DNA of 64,000 bases, taken from the NCBI GenBank assembly GCA_964234715.1, contig OZ174283.1. One strand, written 5' to 3'. Source of the stretch: Podarcis melisellensis (lineage: Eukaryota). The translations under genes were made by a program, and so were the position numbers. Every line of letters starts with the position of its first letter. The stretch's first letter is position 1. Below, piece after piece: positions 62,218 to 64,000 of this stretch. Below the pieces are notes generated by a model. That model made no database searches and was not told the DNA's origin. It saw only the letters and a list, made by a program, of their open reading frames with translations.

Positions 62218-64000
62218 GGAGAAGCATGTCCCTTCATAGCTGGAGCTCTGATTTGCATAGATCATTTGCACTTGTGCAAGCATGGGAGGAACGTCCAAGA
62301 TATTTGGGTGTGCAGTTGGCATTGCTTAGGATCCCAGGTGCTGTTGGGCCCCTCTGAGGCCCTTGCCCTGCGACAGGAGCCAGTCAGCTGCACCAGTTGG
62401 TTTCAAGTCAGAGGACCAGGAAGAAGACCTGATGGAGATCCTTTTTCCTCTGGACTGATCCTGGACCATCAGTAGGAGGCCCTCAAGAATTGTAAGCACA
62501 TGGGATATATGTACACCTAATATATAAAATTGCATTTTCCTATGGGCTGTAGTCCTTTATCACTGGGCTGTTTCCTTTCAAACCTTTGATCTGAACAAGA
62601 TCTGAAACCACGGATCTGAACAAGATCGAGATACTGTAGACAGCAAGGATCTGGGTATACAGCCTACCCTGTGTTTGCATTCCCTGTGAAAGAGCAGGTG
62701 TGTACTTTGGGCATGTTCTTTGACCTCTTGATAGCAAGCGCCACTTATCTCTGGCTGGTTGTCCAGCCTGACCGCTGTTATCCAATCTCTGGCAACCTCC
62801 AGAGTGAACCATTGCAATGGGCTATCCTTGAAGAATTATCTGAGTATTAAGACAGGCAGAAGAGACTGTGCTAGTGATCCCACAGTTAGGAGAAATCCAA
62901 GTAGGGGTAGCTGGTAGTGGGTAGCTCTGGAATGACCTATGCTCTGAAATGCATAGAGAACTAGGCAGCTGAAGACATACCTCTCTGGGTAGGCTTTTGG
63001 GTTACTGCTTGAATGACTCGGATAATATTATTGCCTGCTTTATAACCTGCTGATCTGTTTGTCTTATTATTCTGATTTTTTATAGGGTATGTTGTTTATT
63101 TTATTACTATTATGTGATGTATTCGCGACCCAGGAATGTGGTGAAGGGTGAATTATAGATAAGGCAAATAATTTTGCCAGGTTACAGCCAAACATATGGT
63201 TTATTTTGCTTTTTTCCAGCCACGGTACATGACTAATGTTCCTAACTCAGCTTCGAGTTGTAAATCATGCAGGCCTAGTGTGCAGGTATATTGATCTCAG
63301 TCCTTACCCAGGCTCACCTGTTTTCTTGTCAGTCTTCATGCTAGTGATCCCACAGTTCCCACAGCCAGCCATCAATCTGAACTATGGATACCACCCCATC
63401 ACTTGCTACCCATACACCCAAGCTCATCCACTTATTTGTTAGTAAAGCAATTGGTGGGATTCGGCGTTTTATCTGTTTCTTAAAAGATGAAAGCTTGTAG
63501 ACAGTCTTTGTACAGGTATATGAAAAACAGAGCAATTACACACCAAATAGTTTAGTAAGGAATTAGTTTTATTTTTTTCAAAACCATAGTCTTATGATTA
63601 GTCAAAGTTGCTGTAAGATGAAATATGATCAAGGGTGTTCATATTATAAAACCTACTGAATACACAATGCTTTGATTTATAATGGATGCTGTATGTGCAT
63701 TTCCTTTCTACTGCTAAATATCAAGTTGTCAGAGAATTCTGTTACTTTATGGAAGGGCAGAGAAAACCAAATATTGAAAACTAGATTTTAAGGTTTTCAT
63801 TCTGTCAAGTGACCCATGTGGTGAGGTCTTAGCTTTCATATGTGATTCTTAAGTTCATTTCAGCTTTAAGCATGGAAGTATAATATAATTTATTTTTAAA
63901 GTTACATTTTGGTTTTGGTATTTAGTGAATAGAGGCCACCCAATGAAAAATAGAATAACTTGAAATTGAATTTATCCCTTTTCATATTTGATTTTCACTA

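Noticed and set aside
61915-62357. ORFs spanning the N-run
   Set aside because: Artefacts of the assembly gap.
1-64000. Most ORFs in the six-frame track as host genes
   Set aside because: They are short, lack recognisable domains, and many come from SINEs, microsatellites (poly-Q, poly-I, poly-M, ER repeats) or the antisense strand of LINEs.

Overview
This 64-kb window is AT-rich vertebrate DNA from a squamate reptile, most likely a lacertid lizard. The evidence is Sauria SINEs, Squam-type tRNA SINEs, BovB with (CAA)n tails, and lizard-type CR1/L2. I found no convincing host protein-coding exon, RNA gene or CRISPR array, so it reads as a large intron or intergenic region with one 148-N assembly gap. 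Every ORF with a recognisable product is a transposon remnant: a 2-kb 5'-truncated BovB RT, fragments of CR1, L2, L1 and RTE-X, and a Buster/Charlie hAT transposase C-terminus. That C-terminus can be rebuilt after removing two nested insertions. Many non-autonomous DNA elements are present (Tigger-like, Tc2-like, hAT with 8-bp TSDs), plus a solo LTR with a 4-bp TSD. The most notable structure is a 216-bp Penelope-derived palindromic insertion (37635-37850) with a perfect 14-bp TSD. It carries an apparently intact minimal hammerhead ribozyme at the apex of an ~87-bp hairpin, and two decayed relatives lie elsewhere in the window. Candidate regulatory sites (split REST/RE1, CTCF, NF-Y/octamer, homeodomain clusters) are motif-level inferences only. 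Repeat family names come from my recognition of the consensus patterns, not from a database search.
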